Positions 25,871 through 38,229 of a DNA stretch of 63,714 nt are shown here, piece by piece (the stretch's first letter is position 1; every line of letters starts with the position of its first letter). Origin of the DNA: Octopus bimaculoides (Eukaryota); NCBI RefSeq assembly GCF_001194135.2, contig NC_068982.1, positions 185,524,066 through 185,587,779 of the forward strand, read 5' to 3'. The translations under genes and the position numbers were made by a program. The notes below the pieces were generated by a model. It had not been told where the DNA came from. It searched no databases and worked only from the letters and a program-made list of their open reading frames with translations.

Positions 25871-28800
25871 AAACCATTAGTGAAAAATGAATTTGCTTAA
25901 TAACTTTGTTTTCAGGTTCTGTCCCACATTGAGGCATTGAGTAAGTGTTGTCAATTATAACCTTTCTACACAACAACTGCCTTGTGAGTGACATAGCTGG
26001 ATGGAAACTGTATAGCAGTCCATCATGTCTGTGTGTTTACATTCCATGTTGCCACATGACACTGCTTGAGCAAAATACGGATGTCATGTTTCTAGTCAAC
26101 GTAAACAATACATTCTGTGTGTCTGAAAACCATTGGAATAAAAAAATCCATTGTTGAATGAACCAAGTTTATGTTTATGCATCAAGAATTGCCTAAGCCT
26201 ATAACAAAATGATTCAATGTATATTAAAGTATGTTCCACTTTGTAGCAAATGGGTGTCTCCTGTTGTAGCTGTATGAAAAACAAATAGAAATCAACACAT
26301 TTGTAGTAATAAGAAGGTTAAGTGTTAATCAAAATTTGTTTAGACTTTTATCCAACCCCTAATATTAAATATGCTTTTCACTCATTAGCTGGGATGAAAT
26401 ATCTTTGCAAAATTTGATTGCAGTGGAATACATTACAAATTTCAAATAAATAATAATTTTAAAGATATTCCTACCATTAGCATCCCAATTATTTTGAGAA
26501 GAGGGATACAAATGCCTTAGAGCATAAAGGCTGCAAGTGCCATCTTCAAAGTGTAGTAGGAAAGACTTTATGGCATAACATAAAAGTACATATTCTATTA
26601 TGATGACATGCATTTGGATGCAATTACCAAAGAATTGAACCTGAACAGTATGATTATATTGGATTGCCGGAAAGATGAAGGCATTACTATTAATTCAGAG
26701 AAATGTAACAAGATATGTTAGGGGAACATTCCATTTCAAAGAATGGCGTCTTTCTAAATCAACTTTTAGTCCTGAAAATATTTGATGTACCTTTCCAAGA
26801 TCCTTTTTAAGATCAGTGAACTTTTACAGTTTATATTTGTCAAATTATTCAGAAATGGTAGAACAATATGTGAATTTGGTTGAGCAAATATTCAATACAA
26901 GATATTTGAAATATAATTCCAAGACTCTTAATATATTTGATGCTAACAAAAATGTCACTAACAATTTAATGTTAGTAAGCATTCTGTGTAAGGAATTTTA
27001 TTGATGTATATTCACTTAGTGCTATATTTATGAAGGAGATTAACCATTACTAAGTCTAATCATTTAAACATTGGGAGGGAGGTTTAAAAAGTTGTTTGCA
27101 GTGCAAACCAAACCTGTTGTTATTTAGTAGAAAATTCTTAAATCTATTTTTAGATCCACACAAAATGTGTTATCCAATTCATAGTATTTGGTTTTGAAAA
27201 ATGTCAAAGGAAACACCATTTTTCACATTCACATGCTCTCTTGACTACATTTCGGACAACTGCATGATGAAAATTTTATACATTGGATAGGAATTCATGC
27301 GTATCATCTTGAAAGCCTAGCTTCAGAGACACCCTGAAATCCAGTGGTAAAGAAAATCATACCCAAAATAAAGAAAAATGTGTGAAATCATATAAAGACC
27401 CTCCAAAGCTGAGGGTCATTTTTAAGCAGATCAAAGACAGATTAACTTTGGAAAACAGTATTCTTTGCAACTACAATCTTATTGTTCCACTTGAAATATC
27501 CAAGAGATAATTAAAATTGTTTATGTGGAATTACTGCTCTGTGCAATCATGTAAAGCTTGAAATGTAGTGACTTTATGCAATTTTAAACCTACAAACAAG
27601 TTCTAAATGTGCAGGACTAAAAATAAAATTATATAAAAAAAAAAAGCTCCAAAAGAACAGGTTTCATTTGTGGCCTAAGAACTTAAATCCTTAAACTCCT
27701 GAATACATGGACCATCACCATGTTAATGCTATTAGATTGCTTATTGCAGTGGATTCCTTTTTAGGAGGGACAAAAGTTTATTCACGTTTCTCACAGGAAG
27801 AGCTCAACTATAAAAAAGGTGTTACATGTAATTTTCTCTTGGAAATGTATGCCAAAGGGTTTGGTGTAGGACAGCACAAATTTCACGATGATAATTTCTG
27901 TTCTTGGCTACAGAAAATTGGTTTGCATTCCTAACAACACCTCTCATATTATCTGTAATCAAATGGAATGAATGGTTCAAACGCAATACAATAAAAACAT
28001 TTTCCCCCAGGAAGCAAAATGTAAGTCATTCTGGCCCTAACTATTATCCAATTATTATACCACTCCACATGCTAAATCTTGTGGGTTGTTAAAATCCACA
28101 CACACTTTACTATGTCCTATTCCATAGATAAACAGAAGTAGTATAATGGCCAACACCAAAAAATGAAAATATTTTGATGCAAACAAAATCAACACTGCTT
28201 TCATAACAAGGAACAGAATCAGAAATTTGGCTCACAAAGACCGATTCACACCTAACTATGAATTACTTAAAACAGCTGAGGATGATAGTGACTCTCCTGG
28301 TTTAAGAAATACTGGGCTGGTAGTGTCATTGGGTAAAAGGATTGAACCAGTAGTGGAAGGGTCCTTAAAAGAAGTACTCAATCTAGTGAAATATGAAGAG
28401 ATGGGCATAATACTGTGTTATAGTAAGAATGCAAAAACTGTTACAAATTAACTCTTCATACTTATCCATATAAAGAATTGATGTATGAACATCAATAAAT
28501 TCACAGTAATTAAGAGCTTAATTAATAACATTGTTAAACTTCAATACATCATAAATTGCAGTAAATCCAAGTGGGACTGGTTTGCAAGTAAGAACATAAA
28601 ACAAGTAACATATTTCGTGTAAAGCAGAAAATCATAAATTTCACACATAATTCATACTCAATAGCTGTTTCATTAAGATAAACACCACCAAATGTATAAT
28701 TACATAACTAATACATAAATTTAAGAACTATTTACTCAAATCATCAGGAATGTTATGTTAATCAGAAAAAAAAACATTACTGATTAACAAACATAACACA

Positions 28801-28976
28801 ACATTCTGGATTATTTAGGTAAACAAAGTTTTCAAATTAATCTGAACATTACAATTATGTAATTATACACTTGGTGATACTTGTGTTATTGAAACAGCTG
28901 TTGAACACATGAAGTATATGTGAAATTCATTCTAAATACTTTGATATTATATATAGTGTACACACACACACATACA

Positions 28977-29378
28977 AATATTCTTTTCTACTCTGGGCAC
29001 AAGGCCCAAAATTTTGGGGGAGGGGACCAGTCGATTAGATCGACCCAAGTACGTGACTGGTACATAATTTATCGACCCCGAAAGGATGAAAGGCAAAGTC
29101 GACCTCGGCGGAATTTGAACTCTGAATGTAACGGCAGACGAAATACCTATTTCGTTATTGCCCACAAGGGGCTAAACATAGAGGGAACAAACAAGAACAG
29201 ACGAACGGATTAAGTCGATTACACCGACCCCAGTGCGTAACTGGTACTAAATTTATCGACCCCGAAAGGATGAAAGGCAAAGTCGACCTCGGCGGAATTT
29301 GAACTCAGAACGTAACGGCAGACGAAATACCGCTAAGCATTTCGCCCGGTGTGCTAACGTTTCTGCCAGCTCGACGCC
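28977..29378 (-). mobile_element. Tandem (dimeric) tRNA-derived SINE with Meta/MESC-like core
   Basis: Two copies of atttatcgaccccgaaaggatgaaaggcaaagtcgacctcggcggaatttgaact; reverse-complement head gagctggcagaaacgttagcac; CpGs intact. Confidence 0.85.
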
Positions 29379-31033
29379 TTGCACACATACAAATATTACA
29401 CAAACGTACACACAAATGGTAGTGTTCCAGCATGACCGCAACCGTATGGATGAAACGCGTAAAAGAAATATAAACATATATACTTATACAAATATATACA
29501 TATATATATACACAAATATTAATATGTACACACACATATATATAAGTCTATCAATACATTTATCTACACATGCACACACTTATAACAGCACGAGAATATT
29601 TTTATTATACCCTATATTAAACCGGTGAACTATTAATTGCTATATCTACATTCTCATCTTTGAGAATATATAATTTCAAAGGCTAGAGATGTGTGTGGGT
29701 GGGGGAATAATCAATGAAATCAACATCAGGAGAATGAAGACACGACACACACACACACAAGTATAGGATTTTCAATATGTTGCTTCCTATTTAAGAGACT
29801 ATTACAGGAGATATATGACTGCTGCTTCTAGCAATGAAACATATTACGGTAGAGATGGACTATATGTAATCTGAACCTTTCCCCCCCCCCTTATTTATTA
29901 AAAGGTGGGGTATACCCAGATTACATATACTCCATCTCCACCCATATTACTTGAAGTAGGTGCCAGAACGAATCTTCTTAATCCCTTTCTTCGATGTGAC
30001 CACCATCATTAACGTTGGAGACTCTACATAGTCTCTTACTTGCTAGAAATAGCGGCCAAATTTCCCTATCGTATTGATAAAAGTAGTACACATTGAGCTT
30101 TCGGTAATTTCATAGTTATAGATGCTTTTGACCAAATTTATAGTTATAGATGTTTTTGACCATAAGTCAACTAATTTCATAACATGGGGAGCCTTAAACC
30201 TGCTAGTAATAGCAGCCCCCAAAATTTGTCATATTGAAATTATAAATGCCGACTGATCACAAGTTGTTTCAAAACGTGAAAAGAAAAAAAAATGTATGCG
30301 TATATGGTGAGGTGGAGGTCCAGACTGGACAGTTGAGTAAAAAGCAACAGGGCTCGTATTTCGCTGCAGGGTGACCACTTAGAAACGTTAGGGAAATGGA
30401 CTTTTGTGCATGAAGTCACGTTGTTAGATCATGGCTTGGCTTGTTATACAAAATACAAAAACAAGTCCGTAAAGATAATATAAAATTGTTGGGAGGGAGA
30501 GAACTTTGTGAATAGGTAAAATATCTTATTGTTTGAGTTCAAACCCCGCCTGGATTAATCAATTTTTTTCCCCATCATAACAGGTTCAATAAAAATAAAT
30601 GAACTTGAAATAAATAATGGAATTTATTCAAATAGCAAAAACCATAAAATTAGACACTTGTTTTAGATTGTTTTTCCCCCCTTTGTTTGTATTCAAAACC
30701 TACGCCTTTCCCAGGTGTATATATGGGTGGATCAAACTGTTCCTACACTTACAATATACCACTTACTCTCTTCAACAACAATTTACATGCAATATTCTGT
30801 TATTCGGCTATGTCTCCCACACAATACAAAAACACCGAATAACATTTCACACGCTACTAGCCATACATAAATATATATATGGGATCAGCAAAAAAACGGT
30901 ACTTCATCCAGCAAGAGACGAATATAATTTAATATACACAAGATTTAAACTGGGCAGCTACTGTATTTCATTCTTACGAGAGGTTTTAAATCCTCTGTGC
31001 GTGTGTGTGTATGTGTGTGTATATATGCATGAG

Positions 31034-31091
<58 letters not shown>

Positions 31092-31229
31092 TGTGTGTGT
31101 ATATATAGTGTGTATGTATATATGTGTATATATATATGTATGTGTGTGTGTGTGTGGGGGGGGGGCGATCTTTCGGTACGAGTTACTAAATATCGGCCCT
31201 TATTTCTTTATAGTGTGTATATCACCTAC

Positions 31230-31349
31230 CTCAGAATGTACTGAACTCCAAGACTTCTTTGGAACCTTGATTCTGTTATTCCGGAGAGAGTTTATGATGT
31301 AAGAGCGGAGGATTTGGACTTCTTCGTTATTTAAATCGAAGAATTCCAT
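31230..31349 (-). CDS. Candidate first coding exon of an unidentified host gene (MEFFDLNNEEVQILRSYIINSLRNNRIKVPKKSWSSVHSE)
   Basis: AGGATGG start context, 40 open codons, strong phase-0 donor GAG|gtaggt, CpGs retained, no similarity to the repeats here; product not recognised. Confidence 0.45.
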
Positions 31350-31499
31350 CCTGAAATGTTTAGATTTTGTCTCTTTTGTTATTTCGGGTTTTTTTTTGGT
31401 TTTTTTTTCTTTTTCAAAGAAAACCCCAGCCCGTTATTTAAAAAAATACACAGTCTTTCTGTGAATTATTTGATATTTATGCTTGTTGCTTGTTATGAG

Positions 31500-32080
31500 G
31501 ATTTCTTTTTGAACGGAGCGCTTTTAAAATCCATGCAACCAACGTATACACACTAACACAGTTATCCGGATTTATATTATATGTTAAGTGTGTTCGGATG
31601 TACTGCACTGCAGAAAGGGAGGGAAAAGCATGTAGAGACGAAGCTAGTGCGAATTGTGTCCAGAGATAAGAAACAAAGGTTTGCTTCAAACGGTTTTTCT
31701 CTCTCCGAGAGATTAGGAATGGTTTGTGAAGAGATTCTTTTCGTTGGCCTCAAAAGACAGTTAAATTATTTGTCACATACATATATAGAGAGAGATAGAT
31801 TAACTGGAAGTGTGAGATCCAATTAGTTGCTGCCGAATGTTGGTGTTAGCAATACATTGCTAGATTTGTGTTGTTATAATAAGGCCATAAGCATGGTGAC
31901 AAAATGCGAGGTCTGGTTGCTGTGGCTGGCGTCTCTGTCTGAAAGCTGGAAACAGATTTCTGCTGCTTGCTGCAATGTAGCTGACCTCTGGTGGCAGAAG
32001 TCGGCGTCACCAGAGAAACACGGGAGATAACTATGCTATTAGCAGTCGCAGCCTAATTGCTTTGATCGTGCAGGATTCGT
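31500..32080. promoter_or_regulatory. CpG-enriched unique segment, possible promoter or 5' UTR
   Basis: Visibly more CG dinucleotides than CpG-depleted flanks; lies just upstream of the candidate exon. Confidence 0.35.
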
Positions 32081-32757
32081 AGAAGTTCTCTATGAATTGT
32101 ATTAACGTTAACAATCCTAATTTCCCCCACCCCACCCATTAATGTGTGGTGATTGGAAAGAAAGAAAAAAGATTTGGTATAAACATATATTAGCAACTGT
32201 GCAGCATTAAATAACGGTATCTAAACACAGATATAAGATATACATAGAAGTGAGGAATAATCTATAATTCCAATCACATCTTGGATGTTTTACAAAGAAT
32301 ATAATGAATTTGTAGAATGATATCTACACTAGACGTCTTACACTAGTTATGTATCTTTATGTTCTCAGTTCAAATCTCAACAAGAACGACTTTCCTTCCC
32401 TATGGGGTAAATAAAGTAAATCAATCAAGAACTGATATCTAAGATACGACTGGTTTATTTGTGGACACTGGAAAGATAACAGACAAAACTTAACTCCGGC
32501 GGAATTTCAATTCTAAACGTAAAAGGCTCTAATTAAATGCTGTAAAACTGACGATTCTACCGCTCTCCTCACTTTGTTATGTAGCTTGGGTCATCTCTAA
32601 TCAAATAGACTTAAAATCAAGAGACATTGAAGGCAACTGTGGCCACCTCATCCTTTGGTTTTTTAGATACAGTATAATTAGGATCACATTTAATGTATCC
32701 TCTTTTAAGATGGCACATTTGGCTGCTATTTCTAGCAAGTTGAGTGACCACATAAAG

Positions 32758-33911
32758 CAGGGGTCACCAAACTATGGCCCAAGTACCGAATCGTCTCTGC
32801 CGCCGCACTGTACATTTTGTGTAAGTACCTGCAATGACAGTTCATTCCTGCAGCGATCATGTTTTAACTGGCATTACCATGTTTAAACCGGTTTGAAGAG
32901 GGGCTGACTTCAGTAAATTATGTTATCAGCCTTTCAGCAAGTTCAGTTGTACGGAGAATAGAAGAACTTGGAGAGAACATAACAGACATGCAGGAAAGCT
33001 AGGAACTTCTTGAGGTTCTCTGGAGCTGGATGAGTCTACTGATCTCTCGAGTATGTCACAATTCATTCGTGTTGTTGATTTGGACTTTCAGATCACAGAC
33101 CAGTTGGCATCCATTTGCAGCATGCACGGGACAACTGGAGAAGAGGTTACCATGGAAGTACAGAAAACAATGCAAGGTTGTAACGTTCAGTGAAATCAGT
33201 TTCGATGTGTTACAGTTGATGGAGGAAAAAAACATGGCTGGAGTGAGGAAGGGTCTGGTGGGACAGATCAAGACTAAGTTGGAAGATCTTCAATTCCCAG
33301 GCGCTCTGTTTATACACTGCATTATACATCAGCAAGCACTCTGTGGGAAAGACTTAGATATTTCTTGCGTACCGAAACCAATCGTTTTTGTGGTGAACTT
33401 CATTTAGAGTCATGCAGTTAATCACTGCCAGTTCCAGGCTTTTCTTGAAGAAATTGATATTGGATTCTGTGACTTATCTTATCACACAGCAGTGAGGTGA
33501 TTGAGCTGTGGTAAGGTCCTGTTTTGTTTTCATAAGATCCGAAGAGAAATAGACATTTTCCTTACCAAAAAGGACAGAGCTGATCCATTTCTGTCAGATC
33601 TTACCTAGCTGTCAAAGTTGTCATTTTTGGTTGACATCACATCCCACATGAATGAAATAGACTTGAAACTTCAGGAAAAGGATAACTTAATCTGTGATCT
33701 CTACAGAGTTATCAAAGGTTTTCGGAGAAAGCTATCATTGTTTGAAGCACAACTGGAGCGTGGGAAAGATTATTCATGAGTTTAATAAGCATTTTTTGGA
33801 GAGATTTTCAGATCTCACAGAAAGTGACATTCTTCTGTTCTAGAATCTGTTTGATTGTAAGCTTGATGACATGCCAGTCGAACTAGAGTTGGAGTGCATT
33901 GATTTACAAGC
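32758..33911 (+). pseudogene. Truncated hAT (Charlie/SPIN-like, GTF2IRD2/EPM2AIP1-type) transposase
   Basis: 5' end CAGGGGTCACCAAACTATGGCCC; remnants DESTD, VTVDGGKNMAGVRKGLVGQI, FIHCIIHQQALCGK, YHTAVR*LSCGKVL. Confidence 0.88.
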
Positions 33912-35525
33912 GGCACTGGCAACGACCTTGCTCGAATATTTTTTCACATGCCATGGGCACAAGTGCCAGTCAGGCAACACTGGTAACGATCACACTCGAA
34001 TGGTGCTTTTTACGTACCACTGACACGGAAGCCAGTCAGTTTCTCTGGCAATAATCAAGCTCGGATGGTGCTGTTAGCACTCCACTAGCACAGATGCCAG
34101 TCATTGAATTTGATTTCAATTTCGATTTTACTTGCTTCAACAGGTCTTCGCAAGCAGAGTTTAGTGTCCAATGAAGGAGACGTTGGCATGGGTTCCAGTC
34201 GTCGAATTTAGTTCGATTTTGATTTCACTTGCCTCAACAGGTCTTCGCAAGTGGAGTTTAGTGTCCAATGAAGGAAAAGTACACATAAGTGGGCTGGCTA
34301 CATCCCTGGCAGAGGCCTTGGATTTTGGTCTCACTTGGTTTGCCGAGTCTTCTCATGCACAGCATATTTCCAAAGGTCTCGGTCAGAAGCCATTGCCTCG
34401 GTGAGGCCTAATGTTCGAGGGTCGTGCTTCACCACCTCGTCCCAGGTCTTTCTGGGCCTACCTCTTCCACAGGTTCCCTCAACCACTAGGGTGTGGCACT
34501 TTTTCACGCAGCTATCCTCATCCATTCTCGCCACTTGACCATACCAGCGCAATCGTTTCTCTTGCACCCCACAACTGATGCTTCTTAGGTTCAACTTTTC
34601 TCTCAAGGTACTTACAATCTGTCGAGTATGCACACTGACATTACACATCCAGTGGAGCATACTAGCTTCATTCCTTGTGAGCTTACGCATGTCCTCAGCA
34701 GTCACGGCCCATGTTTCACTGCCATGTAGTATGGCTGTTCGTACACATACGTCATACAGTCTGCCTTTTACTCTGAGTGAGAGGCCCTTTGTCACCAGCA
34801 AAGGTAAGAGCTCTCTGAACTTTGCCCAGGCCATTCTTTTTCTAGCAGCTACACTTTCAGCGCACCCTCCCCCACTACTAACTTGGTCACCTAGATAGCA
34901 GAAGCTATCAACTATGTCTAGTTTTTCTCCCTGGAATGTGGCAGAAGTTGTTTTCTGCACATTTTCAGTGTTTATTGCTCCTGAGCATCTGCCACAAACA
35001 AAAACTATCTTCCCAGTTAGCCTTCCTTTGATATTGCTGCACCTCTTATGTGTCCATAGCTTACACTGAGTACATCTTATAGAGTTTCTACCTACGCCTT
35101 TTCTACAGATCGAGCTGGGCTATCTACCTGAAGGGGTTTGTGTTTTGTCTACCTTCCTACTTATGAGGACTTTGGTTTTAGCTAGGTTGACTCTAAGGCC
35201 TTTCGATTCTAGTCCTTGCTTCCACACCTGAAACTTCTCCTCTAGTTCTGAAAGTGACTCAGCAATTAGTGTAAGGTCATCAGCATAGAGGAGCTCCCAG
35301 GGCATCCTGTCTTGAATTCCTCTGTTATCACCTGGAGGACTATGATAAATAGGAGGAGGCTGAGGACTGAACCTTCGTGGACCCCTACCTCTACCTGAAA
35401 TTCTTCACTGTACTCGTTGCCAACCCTCACCTTACTGACAGCGTCTCTGTACATGGCTCGCACAGCTCTCACTAACCATTCATCTATCCCTAGTTTCCTC
35501 ATTGACCACCAGATAAGGGATCGGG
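33912..35525 (-). mobile_element. Young RTE-clade LINE, 5'-truncated and frameshifted
   Basis: ORF pieces VGVHEGSVLSLLLF, PWELLYADDL, VDSFCYLGDQ, LHGSETW, RGRPRKTW; 3' UTR hairpin units at 33912-34100. Confidence 0.92.
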
Positions 35526-35529
35526 GGAT

Positions 35530-35700
35530 CCTGGTTTCAAATTTTGGCACAAGGCCAGCAATTTCAAGGGAGGGGATAAATCAATTATATTGACCCCTGT
35601 GCACAACGGATCTTATTTTATCAACCCTGAGAGAAGAAAAGGCAAAGTCAACCTCAGCGGAATTTGAACTCAGAATGCAAAGATGGGTGAAAAGGCACTA
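35530..35700 (-). mobile_element. Meta/MESC-like SINE fragment
   Basis: aaaggcaaagtcaacctcagcggaatttgaactcagaa matches 28977-29378. Confidence 0.7.
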
Positions 35701-36208
35701 AGCCAGCTAATGAGTCTGCTATTTCACAGAACATGTTGTCATGAATGGAGCACAGGTAATTTCACAATGACAAGCAGGGACATGGTGGCAGTTTTCTACC
35801 CTTGTTTTTACCTGAATTTCTTACCCAATACACTCACCCCTCTTTCTCTTTTCTGCAGTGTGTGTGCATGTATGCATGTATTTATGTATGTATGTATGTA
35901 CACAGACATACACATATTTTTCCACATGATCGTTAAAGATATTAATCTACTATTTTTGAGGAACAATATATTTTACTTTTAAATGAATGATATATTTACA
36001 AAATGGAATGAAAATGATCACTCTCTGGTTTTTAAATTACTCCTCAAAATACTTACAAGAAAAGTTTCAGCTATTCTCTGATGAATTTTCATAAGTTACT
36101 TTCTTCACAATAACAAATACCATGTGTGTGTGTGCATGCACGCATGCCTGTGTGCATGTATGTATTTATCTATCTGTCTGTCTGCCTGCCTGTCTATCTA
36201 TCTATCTG

Positions 36209-36244
<36 letters not shown>

Positions 36245-38229
36245 GCCATTTATCTATCTATCTATCTATCTGTTTATCTATCTATCTGTCTTTTGCTGTT
36301 TTCACTGTGATCTCTTGCCCAATACACAAGTAACCTTAACAATACAGAAGCCCTGTACATTCAGTTTCCTCCATTCAAGTCGTTTCAAAATATAGTTGAA
36401 TGATTATTTTCTTACAGCCATTTTAAAATTCATTTTATTATTGAACAATTATGTGAACAGTTACAGGAAAATCTCACAGACATCCCAATAAAGAAATGTT
36501 AAATTCACTAAGAATATTGTATACACTGACATTTTTGATAGTCAAAATTTCCTGTCTGTGGTTTGTTGTATATAATGTTGTATACTGAAATAAGACAGTT
36601 AAAAACTATGTATTTTTTATCTATTAAACACTTTATTATTTCAATATTGTTGTACTTTCTATTACTCAATTCTTTCTTGAATATATACCTCTATTTTCAT
36701 TTTTTTTAAATGCTACTTATTCATCATCATCATCGTTTAACGTCCGCTTGATGATGGCACATAAAACAACAGATGATGCAATAGTAATAATAATATTTAT
36801 ATTCCATCCTTTACAGAAGACTTGCCTTCTGGAAGTCTTTGGAGAATTCCATAATGCAAAATCTATTTCCTTATTAATTTTTATTTTATGTGGAAGTTAA
36901 CAGGAAAACATGTTCTATTTTAGAGAATTTCTTGTCACAGCAAAATCTTCAGGAATGCAATGTTTTCATAATATGGGGGATGCCTGTATTTAAAAAAATA
37001 TCAAGAACATAGTGAGTTTTAAAAATAACAAAAGGAAGATAAAACATTTCAAGAACGAATTCTTCAAGAGGCTTCTATGCAGTCTTTCAACCTTCTAAAA
37101 ATAGCAATCAAATTGCACCTCAAATGATATTAAAATGGACATATTGGATTATGTTGTTAGTCCTGGTTGCATAGTATACAAGAAAAAGTTGGAGGGTCAT
37201 GGCTGGAATGTCATAGGTCATGTCTTTTCTCAGTGAAGACTGAACTAAACATAAACAACAATAGTAATAACAATAATACCAATAATGATAAAGTCTATCT
37301 AGACATTATATCAGTGGTTCTCTAACTTTTTGAATTTGTGGTACACAAATTAAATAAAAACTCTCTGGTACATTTTGCATGGGAAGTTTACAATTACTGG
37401 CAGGCTTTGTATAAAATGCTTTAAAAAAGTTATTTTAAAGTTAAAATCTTAGAAAAAAATGCTGATAACTATTACTTATTTTGTTTTATTACTCATTCTG
37501 TTTTTCCCTTCAAATGCTCCTTTCTTTCCCCTTTTCACCTTAGTTCATTTTCTGCAATTGCCCTCTCTTCTATCCACTTTTCTGTTAGACTCATTGCACT
37601 GAACAAATGGAGAAAATGTATAGTGAGGTTTCTTTTATTTTGTAGGTTACATGGCAACTTCAGTATGAATATAGAATTGAGAGGAGCCTTTGGTTTTGTT
37701 TTGTTAAAGGCATGACAACCTATCCTGTCTGGTCCTATGACAAACTACACTCAATAACTTCTGTAAAGTGATTGATGTTAGGAAGGGCATCCTCTTATAG
37801 AAACCATGCTGAAACAGAATGTACAAGCAAGATGTGGCCCCCATCAAACCCATCTATGAGCACAATAACTCTAAAAGAAGCTAACTACTAACTTGGATGG
37901 TGACAACTTGTCCAATGCATGCTAACATAAGATGTAGACATTACCATGATGATAATGGTAGCATCAGTGATGAAGATGACAATGATACTTCTGTATAACA
38001 AAATTATGAATACCACATGTTTTCAAGATGCACAAACATTAGTATGGATTTTATAAATTACGTTTTTAAAAATTTTTGGTTCACCTTAATTTCCATTATA
38101 GTACACAATTTCAGCATTAGGGTTTCTCTATTTTCACTGTCTGTGTTTAACTATCATCTAATATTCATCATCGTCTTTGGCATTGTCATTGTTGCTGTCG
38201 TTGTCATCGTCATTGTCATCATTGTTATC

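Noticed and set aside
31827-32030. Plus-strand 67-aa ORF (MLPNVG...EKHGR)
   Set aside because: No recognisable domain or splice donor; explained by locally higher GC.
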